Below, piece by piece: positions 12,835-24,711 of a stretch of 64,000 nt of DNA (its first letter is position 1; the number at the start of each line of letters is the position of its first letter). The stretch covers positions 1,178,001-1,242,000 of the forward strand of contig JAUFOQ010000016.1 of assembly GCA_040285855.1 (NCBI GenBank). Reading direction: 5' to 3'. A program made the position numbers and the translations under genes. The notes beneath the pieces were generated by a model. The model had not been told where the DNA came from. It did no database searches and saw only the letters and a program-made list of their open reading frames with translations. Source of the DNA: Eukaryota sp. GEM-RC1. Lineage: Eukaryota.

Positions 12835-13527
12835 ATGCAACTTAAAGGGCATGCTGTCTTAACAGCATTACGTGCTGCTGAACAGGAAAGGATTGAATCA
12901 ATGGACAAGCAACACCTTGCTCGCAAACAACAACTTACTGCCCAACGACGGTTTAAACGTGCTCTACATACTATAAGATCTCATAAAGAACGAGAACTAG
13001 CTCAAACCAAGCATAGACAATTATCTCTACAATCAGCACTTGCGGAGGAACGAGCTGCAATCAAGCATCGACCTCCTGTATCAAAAGATCAGACCTCCTA
13101 CTCTGATAACCTTCTGTCATCGAGAGAAGCTGTTCCTAATCTCACCTCTAAGCACTTTTGTCGTACAAAATACTACAAATCGTTAACAGATCTTCCAGAT
13201 ACCCGTAGTACTCGTTGTCAACAATCTTTTGAAATGCCGGGAACAGCACATGTTGCTGCTGAAATGGATGAATTACTTCATTCTGATCGAGTTGCTACTC
13301 AAAAACTCCAATTGAACAAGAGTCTGACACTCACCAACCAACGACTTGTGTTCACGAAGAAGCAATCTGATCGCAAGAAGTTAGACGAAGACATGTTTCA
13401 AGAGATTTCTCAATCTGTACCTCCTCCTTTTTCTGGAAACGTGTGTCCTGAGCCACGAAGAACCTCTAAAAGGGAAAGAGTTAGTGATGAGAGCTTATTC
13501 AAAACAATCGAAGATCTTGTTTCATGA
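12835..13527 (+). CDS. Hypothetical coiled-coil protein
   Basis: Intact 230-aa ATG ORF with a charged helical N-terminal half. Confidence 0.6.
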   Translation: MQLKGHAVLTALRAAEQERIESMDKQHLARKQQLTAQRRFKRALHTIRSHKERELAQTKHRQLSLQSALAEERAAIKHRPPVSKDQTSYSDNLLSSREAVPNLTSKHFCRTKYYKSLTDLPDTRSTRCQQSFEMPGTAHVAAEMDELLHSDRVATQKLQLNKSLTLTNQRLVFTKKQSDRKKLDEDMFQEISQSVPPPFSGNVCPEPRRTSKRERVSDESLFKTIEDLVS

Positions 13528-14217
13528 TTGAGTTACTTGTTTGTCTACTAAGTGTTGTCATTTCTTAGTCTTCATTCTTCTTCATTGGTGTTATCGGAGT
13601 TTGTAAGGTCTAATTTGGTGTTGTTCTTTAACTTTGTTGAGATCTGATATTGGCCGAAGATACATTTTGAAGCTGTTATTCTTTGGTGTATTGAAGTTTG
13701 GTACTTTTTGATCTTATTTAAAGTTAACAAGAGTGATTATGGTTGTTCATCTCTTTCGTTCTAATCAATATTCTCTAATTAATTGGATGTTTCCATGAGT
13801 TCGTACTATTGCTTATTGAACTTTTTGGATTAATCTCATTCATTGCAATTGTGTGCTCCTGAATTATGTATAATTGGTTTCACAGAAACAATGATTGTTT
13901 AATCAAGGAGTCTCCTCACTTAAAAACTAATTAACACTTAATAGTGCGAGATTCACTCAGTTCTCTTCTAACGAGGTCTGTGTTTCGATATTTAGAAGTT
14001 TGGAGTCAAGATAAATGTGTAAATTTAGCATTAAGATCATGTTATTAAACATTTGTTGCAAATTGCATTTTCAATGTGAAAGATAATGGCCGTATCTCAG
14101 TCAAAGTGAGTTTACAAGTCGTATGTGATCGAAACATCGAGTATAACATACAAGTACATTCAGGAAAGTGTAAGGTTTCATTTAAAATTTAAAATTTTGG
14201 ATTCCTTAACCCCTTGT

Positions 14218-15741
14218 ATGAGACAGTCTCCTCCACGAAAGAAGAGTCGGAGTGTTGTTGTTTCTTCTATCTATGGTAAATCATCCTTAAACATTTCATT
14301 ACGGGATACCATCACAGTTTCAGACATCCACCCCATCCGTATCCATGACATTCAGCAGTGTATACTATGGCTACTTGCCAGCACAGACTTCAAACCTCCA
14401 AAAAAGTTCTGTCTTGGTAATGTACCTCTTCTGTCCACATGTGTTGTTGTTTTTGTTAAGAATCTTCCTATATCCATATCATCTAAGTTCTCTGCGTTAA
14501 CAGCGTGTAGTTCTTTATTTCCAGGTCACTGGCTGTCAGCCCCTCTTCCATTTGAACTCAATGCCTCTCAGTACAAGATACACCAACCTCTGAAACGTCT
14601 TTTTGAACTTCGTCAACCAAAAGTTTCGAACAAAACTACAGACTCAACACCAGGATCACTAACTCTCCAAGATCTTCTTCTAGATCGCAACGACCTTCTT
14701 TTAAACAATTTCCCTCTTTCTACTCACAAAGGTGTAACTAGAAGTCCATACACACGAGCTCCTTGCATTCCATACATTGAAATAGAATCTATGAATCCTC
14801 TTCCTACTCATCTACCTCTAGTTGCACTTGATTGTGAAATGATCAAGTGTGGACCGGTTTATGAAATTGCTCGTATATCATTGGTTAATGAAAAAGGAGA
14901 AACTGTTTTGGATGAGCTAATCAAACCTTCTGGTGACGTTACTGATTATGTAACTGCCTTTTCTGGTATAACTGCTGAGCTTCTAGCTGACGTCACCACT
15001 ACTCTAACTGAAGGAAGAGACAAATTACTTCAATTTGTTGGTCCTGATACCATCATTGTGGGACATTCTCTTGAGAACGATTTACATTGTTTGTCTATAA
15101 TTCATTCAAAAATTATTGACACTTCTATTCTTTATCCTCATTCAAATCCTGATTCCACTAAGGGATTTATTAGAAAGAATTCTCTCAAGTATCTAGTTTC
15201 AGTTCATTTAAAAAGAAGAATTCAAGAAAAAGAAGGTGGTCATGACTCAGTAGAAGATAGTATAGCATGTTTGGATCTGATGAAGTTGAAGTTAGAACGA
15301 GGTGATGGCTTTGGTGACGTTTCATTCTCCATTGATCGAGTCGATGATTTGATCTCTAAGAATGGAAAGAGCAGTTGTGTCTTTGGTTCTACTGATTCCC
15401 TTTCCCAACTATCTTCTGGAACCTGTTCAGTTGTTCCTTGTTCTAATGATGCTGACGTGATAGAAAAGGTCAGCACCACGTTATCTAATGATGAGTGTTC
15501 AGATTTGATAGTCTTGGAGTTAGATGGGGGAAGTAACTTAAATGAACAGTTGTTTCTTATGTTTACATCTGTACCTAGTAATTCCGCATTCTTTTTGTTT
15601 TCTGGAGGAGATAAGGGAGCGTTTGATTACGTTCAGTCTAATAGGAAAGATGATGATAATGCTGTTGTTTTTGATGAGAAACTGGAAATTGCTAAAAAGG
15701 AAGTTTCTTTTGTGGTACAAAGGCTTAATGTGAATATTTGA
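14218..15741 (+). CDS. DEDDh RNA exonuclease, REX1/REXO family
   Basis: ALDCEM, DYVTAFSGIT, IIVGHSLENDL, IIDTSILY and GHDSVEDS motifs; ATG at 14218. Confidence 0.9.
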   Translation: MRQSPPRKKSRSVVVSSIYGKSSLNISLRDTITVSDIHPIRIHDIQQCILWLLASTDFKPPKKFCLGNVPLLSTCVVVFVKNLPISISSKFSALTACSSLFPGHWLSAPLPFELNASQYKIHQPLKRLFELRQPKVSNKTTDSTPGSLTLQDLLLDRNDLLLNNFPLSTHKGVTRSPYTRAPCIPYIEIESMNPLPTHLPLVALDCEMIKCGPVYEIARISLVNEKGETVLDELIKPSGDVTDYVTAFSGITAELLADVTTTLTEGRDKLLQFVGPDTIIVGHSLENDLHCLSIIHSKIIDTSILYPHSNPDSTKGFIRKNSLKYLVSVHLKRRIQEKEGGHDSVEDSIACLDLMKLKLERGDGFGDVSFSIDRVDDLISKNGKSSCVFGSTDSLSQLSSGTCSVVPCSNDADVIEKVSTTLSNDECSDLIVLELDGGSNLNEQLFLMFTSVPSNSAFFLFSGGDKGAFDYVQSNRKDDDNAVVFDEKLEIAKKEVSFVVQRLNVNI

Positions 15742-15929
15742 AAATAGTTTCAGTGAATGGTCCAAAAGTTTATCGGGTTGTCTTTCAAGTCAATCATTTT
15801 TCTATTAGTTTTTAATTACTATTACTAAAATTCAACTCCAAATACGTAAAACAGTATGTCAAAATAATAATTGATAGTACAAATTTTGGAATTCAATTTG
15901 TTTGAAAGCTGGCAACATACTAGTATAAA

Positions 15930-17251
15930 CTATTTAAATTTTGTCAATTTTTCAAATAATTCATTTCCATAAGAAACCCCAGAACTAAGGGTTGTCAATT
16001 CAACCGCTTTAGTAAGCGGATACTCGGCCAAATTTTCCTTTTTGTTATGTATTAAAAACACATAATACAAAGTAAACAAATCTGCACCAAACGATGGATT
16101 ATGACTAAAAAAAGGTCGTGACACCTCAACACACCAATCCAGAATCTTCTTCTTCTTATCAAACGTCATCAATTTAGTTTCAATGGTTCCTTTAAATACT
16201 TTTGGTATACAAGATATAACAATAGAGTTAGACGGAAGTAATAAGGAGGATGTAGAACCAGGGAAAGAGCGGCACCTTTTAAAATTTTCAAAAAACTAAT
16301 CAAGCTTCCATAATCTCCAATATCAAATTTGTCACTTCCATTTTTGAAATCCTTCAAAAGACAATTGACATCATCTGAAATTAAAGAAGACACTTGATCA
16401 TTATTCAGAGAGCAACTTTTACAACTATTGTCTTCATGAAGACTGAATCGGGTGGACTGACAAGAGGGACAGAGGAGAGAGCAGTCAGGTAAAAGGGATG
16501 GAGTTTGACAGCCTTGGCAATCACAAGAGAAGCCGTAACGTTCACCCAGTTCCTCCCTGCGTTCATGAACACAACAAAAGTTGTTGATATAACTAACAGT
16601 GAGCATTTCTCTTTTTTTGATTGGCTTGATTGATGTAAGTTCAAGTTTCCCAGATAAACAAGTCATTGAGCAATTTGGAGTACATGAGTGGTTAAGTAGC
16701 CGCCCCATAGGATAGAGAGCCATACCTGAAGAGCTTGGTACATCGGGATGAGTAGGTACGTCGTGGCAATTCGTTTCAAGACGGGAAAACAGTGTAGAAT
16801 CATTAAACTCAAGTCCTAGAGCATTAAGTAAAGCACTACAGTTCTGATAAGAGTCTAATTTTGCAGAAGAAAGATCTCTAACATGACAAAGCTGATTGAG
16901 AAAATCTTTCGATTCGGAGGGTAAAAGATGACATCTCAAGGCTAGACGAACTAACATAAGAGATGAGAAACCATCGTTATCAGGTAAGTATTTAAAGTTG
17001 GAAAAGACATCGCATTCAGCATCATGCCAAGATGTACGCTGACATGTTTTACAAACACTGAACATGTGACATCTATGACAGATAGACGGATTTGATACAA
17101 TTACACCACATACGTCACATCGATTGTTTAGAAGAGGGAAAGTAGGAACAAACACCAATGGTGACTCAAAAAGTAATGATGATGATGCCTGAATGGCAGT
17201 AGGAGTGACAAGATGCTGACCATACTGAGATGATGAACAAATTTCAGTCAT
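15930..17251 (-). CDS. SET and MYND domain (SMYD-like) methyltransferase; 1-nt frameshift near 16190
   Basis: MYND-like Cys pattern, LNHSCTPNC, LTVSYI and YGFSCDCQGC. Confidence 0.85.
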
Positions 17252-17370
17252 GAAGTGCAAATAATTGTAGAAAACAAAATAGATGCACGGTGAAAGGTTT
17301 ATTCTATGAAAACAGAACTTCCGTGTATAGGCGAAGATTCGGAAGAGAAACTAAAAAAAAGACAGCAACT

Positions 17371-17597
17371 TTAATCGTACTAAGGTGAGATGATGGGGAA
17401 AGCTATATTACCTTAACAAAACCGATGTGGTTAGCGTGTTCTCTGAAACAACGACGGCAGATATTAAGAGCATAGGTGCGGATGAGACCTCTCCTGTTTC
17501 CGCAGCGGCGGCATGAACGGGATCCTTTACCGTAGTTTGTGGGATGAGTACCGTGAAGATTGGGCTGGTGTTACGCAACCAATAACAGACAAACCAT
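17371..17597 (-). CDS. RPS29: 40S ribosomal protein S29 (uS14), 54 aa; exons 17597-17595, 17564-17412, 17379-17371
   Basis: Spliced product [54 protein letters not shown]. Absent from the ORF track. Confidence 0.95.
17380..17411 (-). other. 32-nt intron of RPS29
   Basis: GTAATA...CTCACCTTAG; removal gives the typical GFVKYD end. Confidence 0.85.
17565..17594 (-). other. 30-nt intron directly after the RPS29 ATG
   Basis: GTTTGT...GTAACACCAG. Confidence 0.85.
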
Positions 17598-17653
17598 TGA
17601 TGATGGGGCGAGAAAAGGAATTTACTTTCCACGACCAAATATACCTCAAGCTA

Positions 17654-18710
17654 ATGGATGCCATTGCCCATCAGCTACCGCAATTGTATTGATGTTGTAG
17701 GTTGTATGGATGGCTTACCATCCCTCTTTTTTTTACGTTTTCATTGCTGTGTTTTTCTTGTTCTTCAACACATGAGGTGCACGAGAAAGCCGTGAAGTCT
17801 TTCTTTATGCGGTACAGTCATACATATATCGATTTTGGGTCTTCTGACAAGATAGATCCTTCACATTTTCACCGTCTTTCCCAATTGATCACTCTCCCAG
17901 ACGGAACATCAGCTCATCTCCTCACAGAGGGATATACATTACCTTCTCAGCCCGTTTTTCTGATTTCTGATAGGCATCAAATCTCTCATAATCTTGTGGT
18001 ATCTCTACTTAATAATCCACAATTTGATATTGTTCGTGATGTAATTGTACTGGACTTCGATCATACTTCGAAACCTAAGTTACTCTCCTCTTTCTTCACC
18101 CTTTTAATCACTTTCAATTCGTCTAGATTAATGTGTAGTTCAAACTTTCCAAACAATGCCAACAGTGATGTGTTTTCTCATTGTATCACCTCTTTCGACA
18201 CCTTCATGACGTCATTTCCTGTGATATCTCTCCTTTTCCTGGAGATTCAGTTGTTTTAAACGTTCTTACCTCTGACCACCGTCGTTTAGAACAAATCAGC
18301 CAACAACTCCTAATTTTCTTTAACTCGCTCTATTATCTCGATGATCCCTTATATCGTGGTCTGAATCTTTACTCTCTTTTCAAAACAAAGTTGTAGATCT
18401 AATACCATGTCATACACCTCCTTTCATTGCTATTGTAGTTGTCTTGATTTCCGCTGTTTATCCCCATGTTTCTTGGTGTTATTTACTTGTCGGTACAGGT
18501 TGTTCTTTGACATTGGTTTTATTCAATTGTTTTTTCTTCTCCGATTTTAGTTCTGATTTGTTACTAGTGTTTTTCAGTTCTCTTTTGTTTTCGCTCAAGT
18601 TGGAAGTTTGGTCCGTTTGTGTTGGCATTGTTGTTACTTTCTGGTTTTTGTTTGTTGATACTAGGATTGTGACTTGTGTGTATGAATTCCTTTTGCATCT
18701 TATTAAGTGA
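17654..18710 (+). CDS. Divergent membrane protein, possibly GPI transamidase Gaa1-like; frame breaks
   Basis: N-terminal TM, lumenal domain and C-terminal multi-TM region. NSLYYLDDPLYRGLNLY weakly recalls the Gaa1 SLNNLLERFHQSFFFY motif. Confidence 0.35.
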
Positions 18711-19547
18711 ACTGCTCAGAAATAAAGTGCATTTTATAGTTTTCAGTGTAGTATTACCTCTATCAAGCATTAAAGCAGCCTGCTTGTTTCTTTGTGAGAA
18801 GTTTCTCCACTGACCAATGTTTCAAGAACAGTTTTTTCGATGTCATTGTGTTGGTGTGTTGTTTCATCATGTTGTAGCGCTCATGATCATAGAGTTTCTC
18901 CTGCCTTTTTCTGGCTATAACAGGTTCTTTTGTGGATGGTTCGAAAGGAGACCGTTTCTTTGATCGGTGAATCATGTAAGGTTTCAAAAGGAACAATGTG
19001 TTATCAAAGCGCCTCGACTCTAAAAGTTGGAGTACTGTAAACCTTGGAGGTCTTCTTCTACATAAATGATTAAATGTCGATTTGCATTCCAAATGTCTTC
19101 CATCAAACTCTACTACTATGAGCGCATTTAATGAATGTTTTGCTTATGTAATTTTGACTAGTCCACCTTTGTGATGAACCCGATATGAACTAGTATCGTT
19201 AAACCTCTGATTGACTCGGTACTAGTCCTTCATCTCCGTGATCAGAACTGTGCAAACAATACAATTGGTTAACAAATATTTGGCTTTTCGCAGTTATACT
19301 TTGTAACTGTACTAATCTTGATTTCCGTGACTACAGTAATTCAATTTACTATTTTTTCTAATTTACATTCTTCACAATGGTTAGTCGGAATCAGAGCTAA
19401 TGTGAATGTTTACAAATATCTTAAACAAAAACATTACCTTGACCATATGTCTTCATGAATGTCCTGTTGAACATCAGGATCGTTGTGTACGTCTTCAATA
19501 GTTGTTTAAGACAAAAGACTAATACAGGAATGTAATTCAAATCAAAT

Positions 19548-20579
19548 TTATAGAGACAATTCCTCCTCGTCATCTTCATCAATTGCAGCTAATTCTGATA
19601 AATGGCTAGCTATAGAGTTATTCCTAGATCCAATTTTACCTAAACCAGACGACAATATTTCATTCAGCGTTTGAGGTTGTGGAGGCTCCGAAATTGGATT
19701 CATTTTTGAATATTTGTTTTGCTGAGCACATTCTGATGCTAGAGACCCTTGATAACAAAAGTAATAAAGTATTCCTACAGCTACGCCTCCAACGACATTG
19801 CCAACGGTTACTGTCAACAGTTGGAAAACACACTTGAAGATAAACGAAACAGGTGAATCATTGTTGTCTGAGAAAAATCCAACAATAAACGTAAAAAGTT
19901 TGCGATTGAGTGTTCAAAACCTAGAATGACAAATGCAGAAACTGGAATCCAAAAGCTCAAGATTTTGCTTGTCAAATCAGTGCAACCCAAGCCAAGCCAA
20001 ACAGCAAGACATACCAGAAAATTGGCCAAAATACTTCTTGCTATCAGTTGACTAAACGGTAGTGCCAGTTTTGATTCCGAATATCTACTGAACAGGTCAG
20101 ACAGAGCAGAATCACTATCTATGATTCCAGTAGCTTTCAGTAATAGAAAAGCTATAACAGTTCCAACAAAGTTCCCAATATAAACTGTGATCCAGTTTTT
20201 AAGGACAGTAGAGGCTTTGTAGTAATGTTTTAGGTATCCTGGAATCAAGACCATTGTATTTCCAGTGAAGAGAGACCCTCCAGCACACAGTATCAAGAAC
20301 AAGCCTATAGTTAGTTAGAACTATAAGGTGACAAACCGGAAGGAAATATTGATGCATGTATTAGTTTAGAAGACATCAATGTTGGCGCGACTTGTAAGGA
20401 CGTCACATACGTGGCTAAGCAGTTGCTCAGTGAGAGATAAACACCTGCCAAACAACCTAAAACAAAGACATGTTGCAATTTTGTGTTGGCCTTCTTGATA
20501 CCAGTGTCTACAACAGTTTGTAAGATGATAGGTGCTGCAAATTAGTCATGCGGGAGAGGCATATACGAGCTTTTAACAT
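19548..20579 (-). CDS. Formate/nitrite transporter (FNT family); introns 20566-20535 and 20336-20305; 1-nt frameshift near 19893-19897
   Basis: Spliced N-terminus ...GIKKA...LGCLAG...FPSGLFLILCAGGSLFTGN; NW..YIGNFVG; LANFLVCLAVW; GFEHSIAN; GNVVGG. Confidence 0.93.
20305..20336 (-). other. 32-nt intron
   Basis: GTTTGT...CTAACTATAG; restores the FPxGL motif. Confidence 0.9.
20535..20566 (-). other. 32-nt intron
   Basis: GTATAT...CTAATTTGCAG; joins MLKA to PPIILQ. Confidence 0.8.
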
Positions 20580-20796
20580 TGCTAGTAGGGAAGAGGTTTT
20601 AAACCAGCCAATTCATTATCAATCAATTCTGATACTATTCGAAATCTACTACTACAGAAGTGTTTTGAAGAGGTTTATCCATGTTTTTCCATAAGTTGAT
20701 GAATTCACTGTCCAAAACAACAGTTAAAAATACATCGAATATAATACAACGCAGAGTTCCTGGCAGAATCTCAGAAGAAAGGGAAAACAGACGGAA

Positions 20797-21267
20797 TTAC
20801 TTCTCTGATGCAAGCATGAGAGCATATCTCTCGTAATCTAACTCCCCAGAATTCGTTATATCCCACGGAGCAGCCAATTCAGGTATAGACATGTTGAAGA
20901 TACCAAACTGATCCAGAATCTTCTGCATCTTTTCTGTTTTAACTCGTCCGGATTTATCTGGCAGACCTCCTACAGCAATAAAAGAATCAAGGGTGTCATC
21001 GTCGTGCTCAGCTCGAATTAAGGCCATCTTTTGGTTGACAATGACTTGAAGGAAATCAGAGTATGTTATTCTCCCACTTCCATCATCATTGATATCGCCA
21101 ATGACAGCAAAGAACTGTTCCTCAGAAGCAGGCCTACCAAGTGCATGAAGAGCTTGTCGTAGCTGCCACACATCCATATGTGGACTACCAGCAGTATGTG
21201 TATTCCAAACTTCTTTTGCTGCATCAGCTTCATTGGGCGAAAGAGAAAGAATAAGATCGTTTGACAT
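20797..21267 (-). CDS. EF-hand protein, outer-arm dynein 18-kDa light chain LC4-like
   Basis: DVWQLR, DDGSGRITYSDF and DTLDSFIAVGGLPDKSGRV resemble Chlamydomonas LC4. Confidence 0.75.
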   Translation of the reverse strand: MSNDLILSLSPNEADAAKEVWNTHTAGSPHMDVWQLRQALHALGRPASEEQFFAVIGDINDDGSGRITYSDFLQVIVNQKMALIRAEHDDDTLDSFIAVGGLPDKSGRVKTEKMQKILDQFGIFNMSIPELAAPWDITNSGELDYERYALMLASEK

Positions 21268-21373
21268 CAGTGTAGGATTGAAGCAGAAGGAACAGTTAAA
21301 TGGTTGCACAAAAGATGATGAAATTCTGTTGAAGCAAAGTTCCAACTAAGCCTCAACATCCACTTCTTTAAAC

Positions 21374-23988
21374 ATGGATTCTAAAACTGGGGAACTTGAC
21401 CCCCATGCTGCTCAAATACTATCAGATGAAAACTTCTCTCAACTAGAACAAGAATTCAACCAAGTCCTTCAAGATATTGAAACAGATAACTCCCTCCATC
21501 AGTTCAAGAAGGAATATCTTAAACTCTGGCGAGCTCTTAAACGTTCCCATGAAGGTGAAAAACGTCTTGCGGATAAATGCAAGCTCCTGCACGACGAAAT
21601 CTTAGCCAATGCTTCCAAAGTCTCATCTGTCCTCAAACAAAACGAAAACGACGCCAACAACTACAGATCTGCTGTCAGAGAAGTTGACAAATTGAAGCGA
21701 GTAATTGAAGCATACCAAAAGAAAGAAGAACAAGCCAGAGAAACCATCATCCGCTTAAAGGAAGAAATTGATCATCTACAAGAGGTCTGCCAGAAAGACG
21801 CTGGCCTTAACGCTTCTCAACAGAAAGCCATGAAGGAACTCATTGAAGAGAAACAAAACTTAATGCAAGAACGTGATGAGAAGGTACAGATGGTGCTTGA
21901 ACTTCGTAATCAACTCACAAAAGAACTTGAAAACGTGAAGTCTGTCGAAGCTGACCGTTTGGCCTTGGAAAATGAACTTCACTCTGTACGTACGGATCTT
22001 ACATCGAAGAAGAACGAGATTGAAAGTCAAAAGAGAAAGAGGGCTGGAGTGGAGCTCAATTTGAAACGTGTGACGATGGAAATGGAAAGAAGGCAACGTG
22101 AACTTGATGAGAAGCAGCAAGTTGTCGATGCAGCACGAAAGGAAATCGCTGACCTCCAATCAAGTCTTTCAGAAACTCAAACTAATGTCGACCATCGAGC
22201 TCAAATTCTGACTCAGTTACAAACAAAAGTCTCTAAATTGGAAAGTATGCTCTCAGAACGATCTTCAATGATTTCTCTACTAGAAAAAGAACGCAATGAG
22301 CTTCGTGACGAGGTTCTGCAGAAGTCTCGAGAAATCAACGATATCAAATCAACCCTTCAACGAACTGAAACGACCGTTAGAAACCTAGAACGCAAACTAT
22401 CCGACATTTCTAGTCAAAAGACTGAACTGGAAGATCAACGAGAAGAAGCCAGAAGGAAGTTAGAACTAGAAACCCGTGAGTTTGAAGTTGTTCGCAAGTC
22501 TGAACAAGAAGAAAAGAGACGTGCTGACCAACTCCTCCGACAGATCAACTCTCTAGAGAAGAAGGTTAGAAGAGAAGAGGACAAGACAGATGCTACTGCG
22601 GAGATGAACAGGGCTGCAGAGAGTGAGAAGCAAGAGCTTGAAAGGGAGATTGCGGCGTATAAGAGAGATTTAGAAAATCAACGAAAAGAAATTGAAAAAT
22701 TACAAAAGAGCAAGATAAGTATGCTAACGTTTCTGCTGATGCTTTGAACAAACTTTATAAGTCCCACGAAAGAGTTCGAATGCAAGAAGCTCAGATTGAA
22801 GAACTGCAAAGGTCACTGTCTGAGACAGAGGCTAAGCTGAAACAGCAAATGTCGTTGTATGAGGCTGTTAGGACTGATAGAAACTTGTATAACAAGCAGC
22901 TGATTGAAACTCAAGATGAAGCATTGGAAATGAGTAGGAAATTTAAGATTATGAATCAGCAAATCAAGCAGTTGAAAGAAGAGATCACTAAGAAGGATAC
23001 GTCATTGATTAGAGAGCATTTTGACCGAGTTAAACTGGAAAAAGAACGTGATGCTTTAAAGGTTGAGGTTAAAAAGATGGAAAGTCAGTGTGATAAGGTT
23101 CAGGAACTTTGTGAGAATCAAGAAAATCAAATCACGAAGTTGTTAAAGATCATTAATGATGCTGATACCGATAGAGTACGTCAACAAAAGCTCTATGAAG
23201 AAGTTCTAACTGAACGTGACATCCTCGGAAGTCAATTGATTAGACGTAATGATGAGCTGGCACTTTTGTATGAAAAGATCAGAATTCAGCAATCAATAAT
23301 GTCCAAAGGCGAGGTTCAGTACAGGCAACGGCTTGATGACATTAGGTTGCTGAAACTGAAGGTGTCAGACCTTAGACGGGAGCTTTCTACTCTATTGAAG
23401 AGTTCCAAATTGGTCAAAGAATTAAAAACCCAAGTGTTTAAACTTCATAAGGAGTTATACAGGGAAAAAACCAAGGTTACCGCTCTTTCTGAAGAATTAG
23501 AAAATCCAATGAATGTTCACAGGTGGAGAACGCTTGAAGCCACTAATCCTGATGTTTATGAATTAATTCAAAAGGTGCAAACTCTACAACGAAGGTTGAT
23601 AGCCAAAACGGAAGAAGTTGTGGCTAAGAACTTGCTGATTGAAGAAAAGGAAAAGTTATTTGATGAACTGAAGAAAATTCTTGAAAGATCTCCTGGAGTG
23701 GAAGTTGCTGAACAGAACAACATTCTACGTAACGAAATCAGAGAGAAAACGAAGCAACTCAAGGTCATGGTTGCTGAACTCAATCAGTATCAGGTTCAGG
23801 TTCAAGAACTTACTTATGAGATAGACTCGTTGAAGTCAGAGTTGAAGCAAACTCAAAGTAAGTACTTTGAAATGAAACGGAATCAGCAGAAGAAGGAGCA
23901 AGCAAGGCATGATTCGGTTAATTCTTATCCGATTGAAGTGCCAGATGATCAACCACAGTTTGTGGGAGGTGGATTTAGGATAAATTGA
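21374..23988 (+). CDS. CFAP58: Cilia- and flagella-associated protein 58; 1-nt frameshift in the A-run at 22704-22707
   Basis: YEAVRTDRNLY, ERDILGSQLIRRNDELALLYEKIRIQ and EELENPMNVHRWR. Confidence 0.93.
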
Positions 23989-24100
23989 GTGATTGGTCTC
24001 TATTGTTAATTGATTGGAGGGTTTTTTGTCCTTTTTTTGTATTTTATATTATTATTTTAATTGATAAACTGCATGTATTTACAAAATGTTGGTATTAGAT

Positions 24101-24418
24101 CAGGGCCTGGAAAAATTGAATTGGCAATACAACTATTTGAATACATTGGTATGAAACATTGATTGGTGCAATGTTCAAACATTGAAACATTGGCCAATTA
24201 AAATTTGCGCCTTTGCCTCAAGACCACAAAAAGGAATAACAAATTGCAGCTGATGCAGATATTCGTTTCAACAAGTTCTGTAAAAAACTAAAACAATCAC
24301 TTTTTTGAATTCCCTGTTCTACTACTAGTGGTAGTGGCAATACATGAAACATTGGAATTTGCATTGGTTGAATACCAACCACTGACATCGGCAATCAATT
24401 CAATTTTTCCAGACACTG
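24101..24418. mobile_element. MITE with CAG...CTG TIRs and a 9-bp TSD
   Basis: TIRs CAGGGCCTGGAAAAATTGAATTG / CAATTCAATTTTTCCAGACACTG; GTATTAGAT at 24092-24100 and 24419-24427; CATTG repeats. Confidence 0.88.
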
Positions 24419-24711
24419 GTATTAGATTCCTACCTCCTTCTCCCTGTATCCACAACAACACGACTCGTAATCATACAGAACTATTGTTTTGACTCCAGAT
24501 ATAACTGTTTACCTGTCTTCTAATGAGATTCTGATATTTTTTGCTCACAAATTTATCGTTATCAATTGTGAAGAATTGTGACTTACGACAGTTTACGTTG
24601 AAAAGTTGAAAACGTTGAGGATTGATTTCCGTTTGAGCACAGTAATGAAGAAAAAACAGGGTTTATGGTCAATCAGTGTAATAATTACTTTTGCAAAAAT
24701 ACTTAATAACC

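Noticed and set aside
17340..17690. GC-rich stretch with a T8 run, considered as a Pol III ncRNA (SRP, RNase P/MRP, snoRNA)
   Set aside because: Explained by the spliced RPS29 gene; no conserved ncRNA boxes found.
18763..19092. 109-aa minus-strand ORF, plus similar weak ORFs at 25748, 28794, 31923 and 32213
   Set aside because: Non-ATG starts, no recognisable motif and no convincing splice solution.
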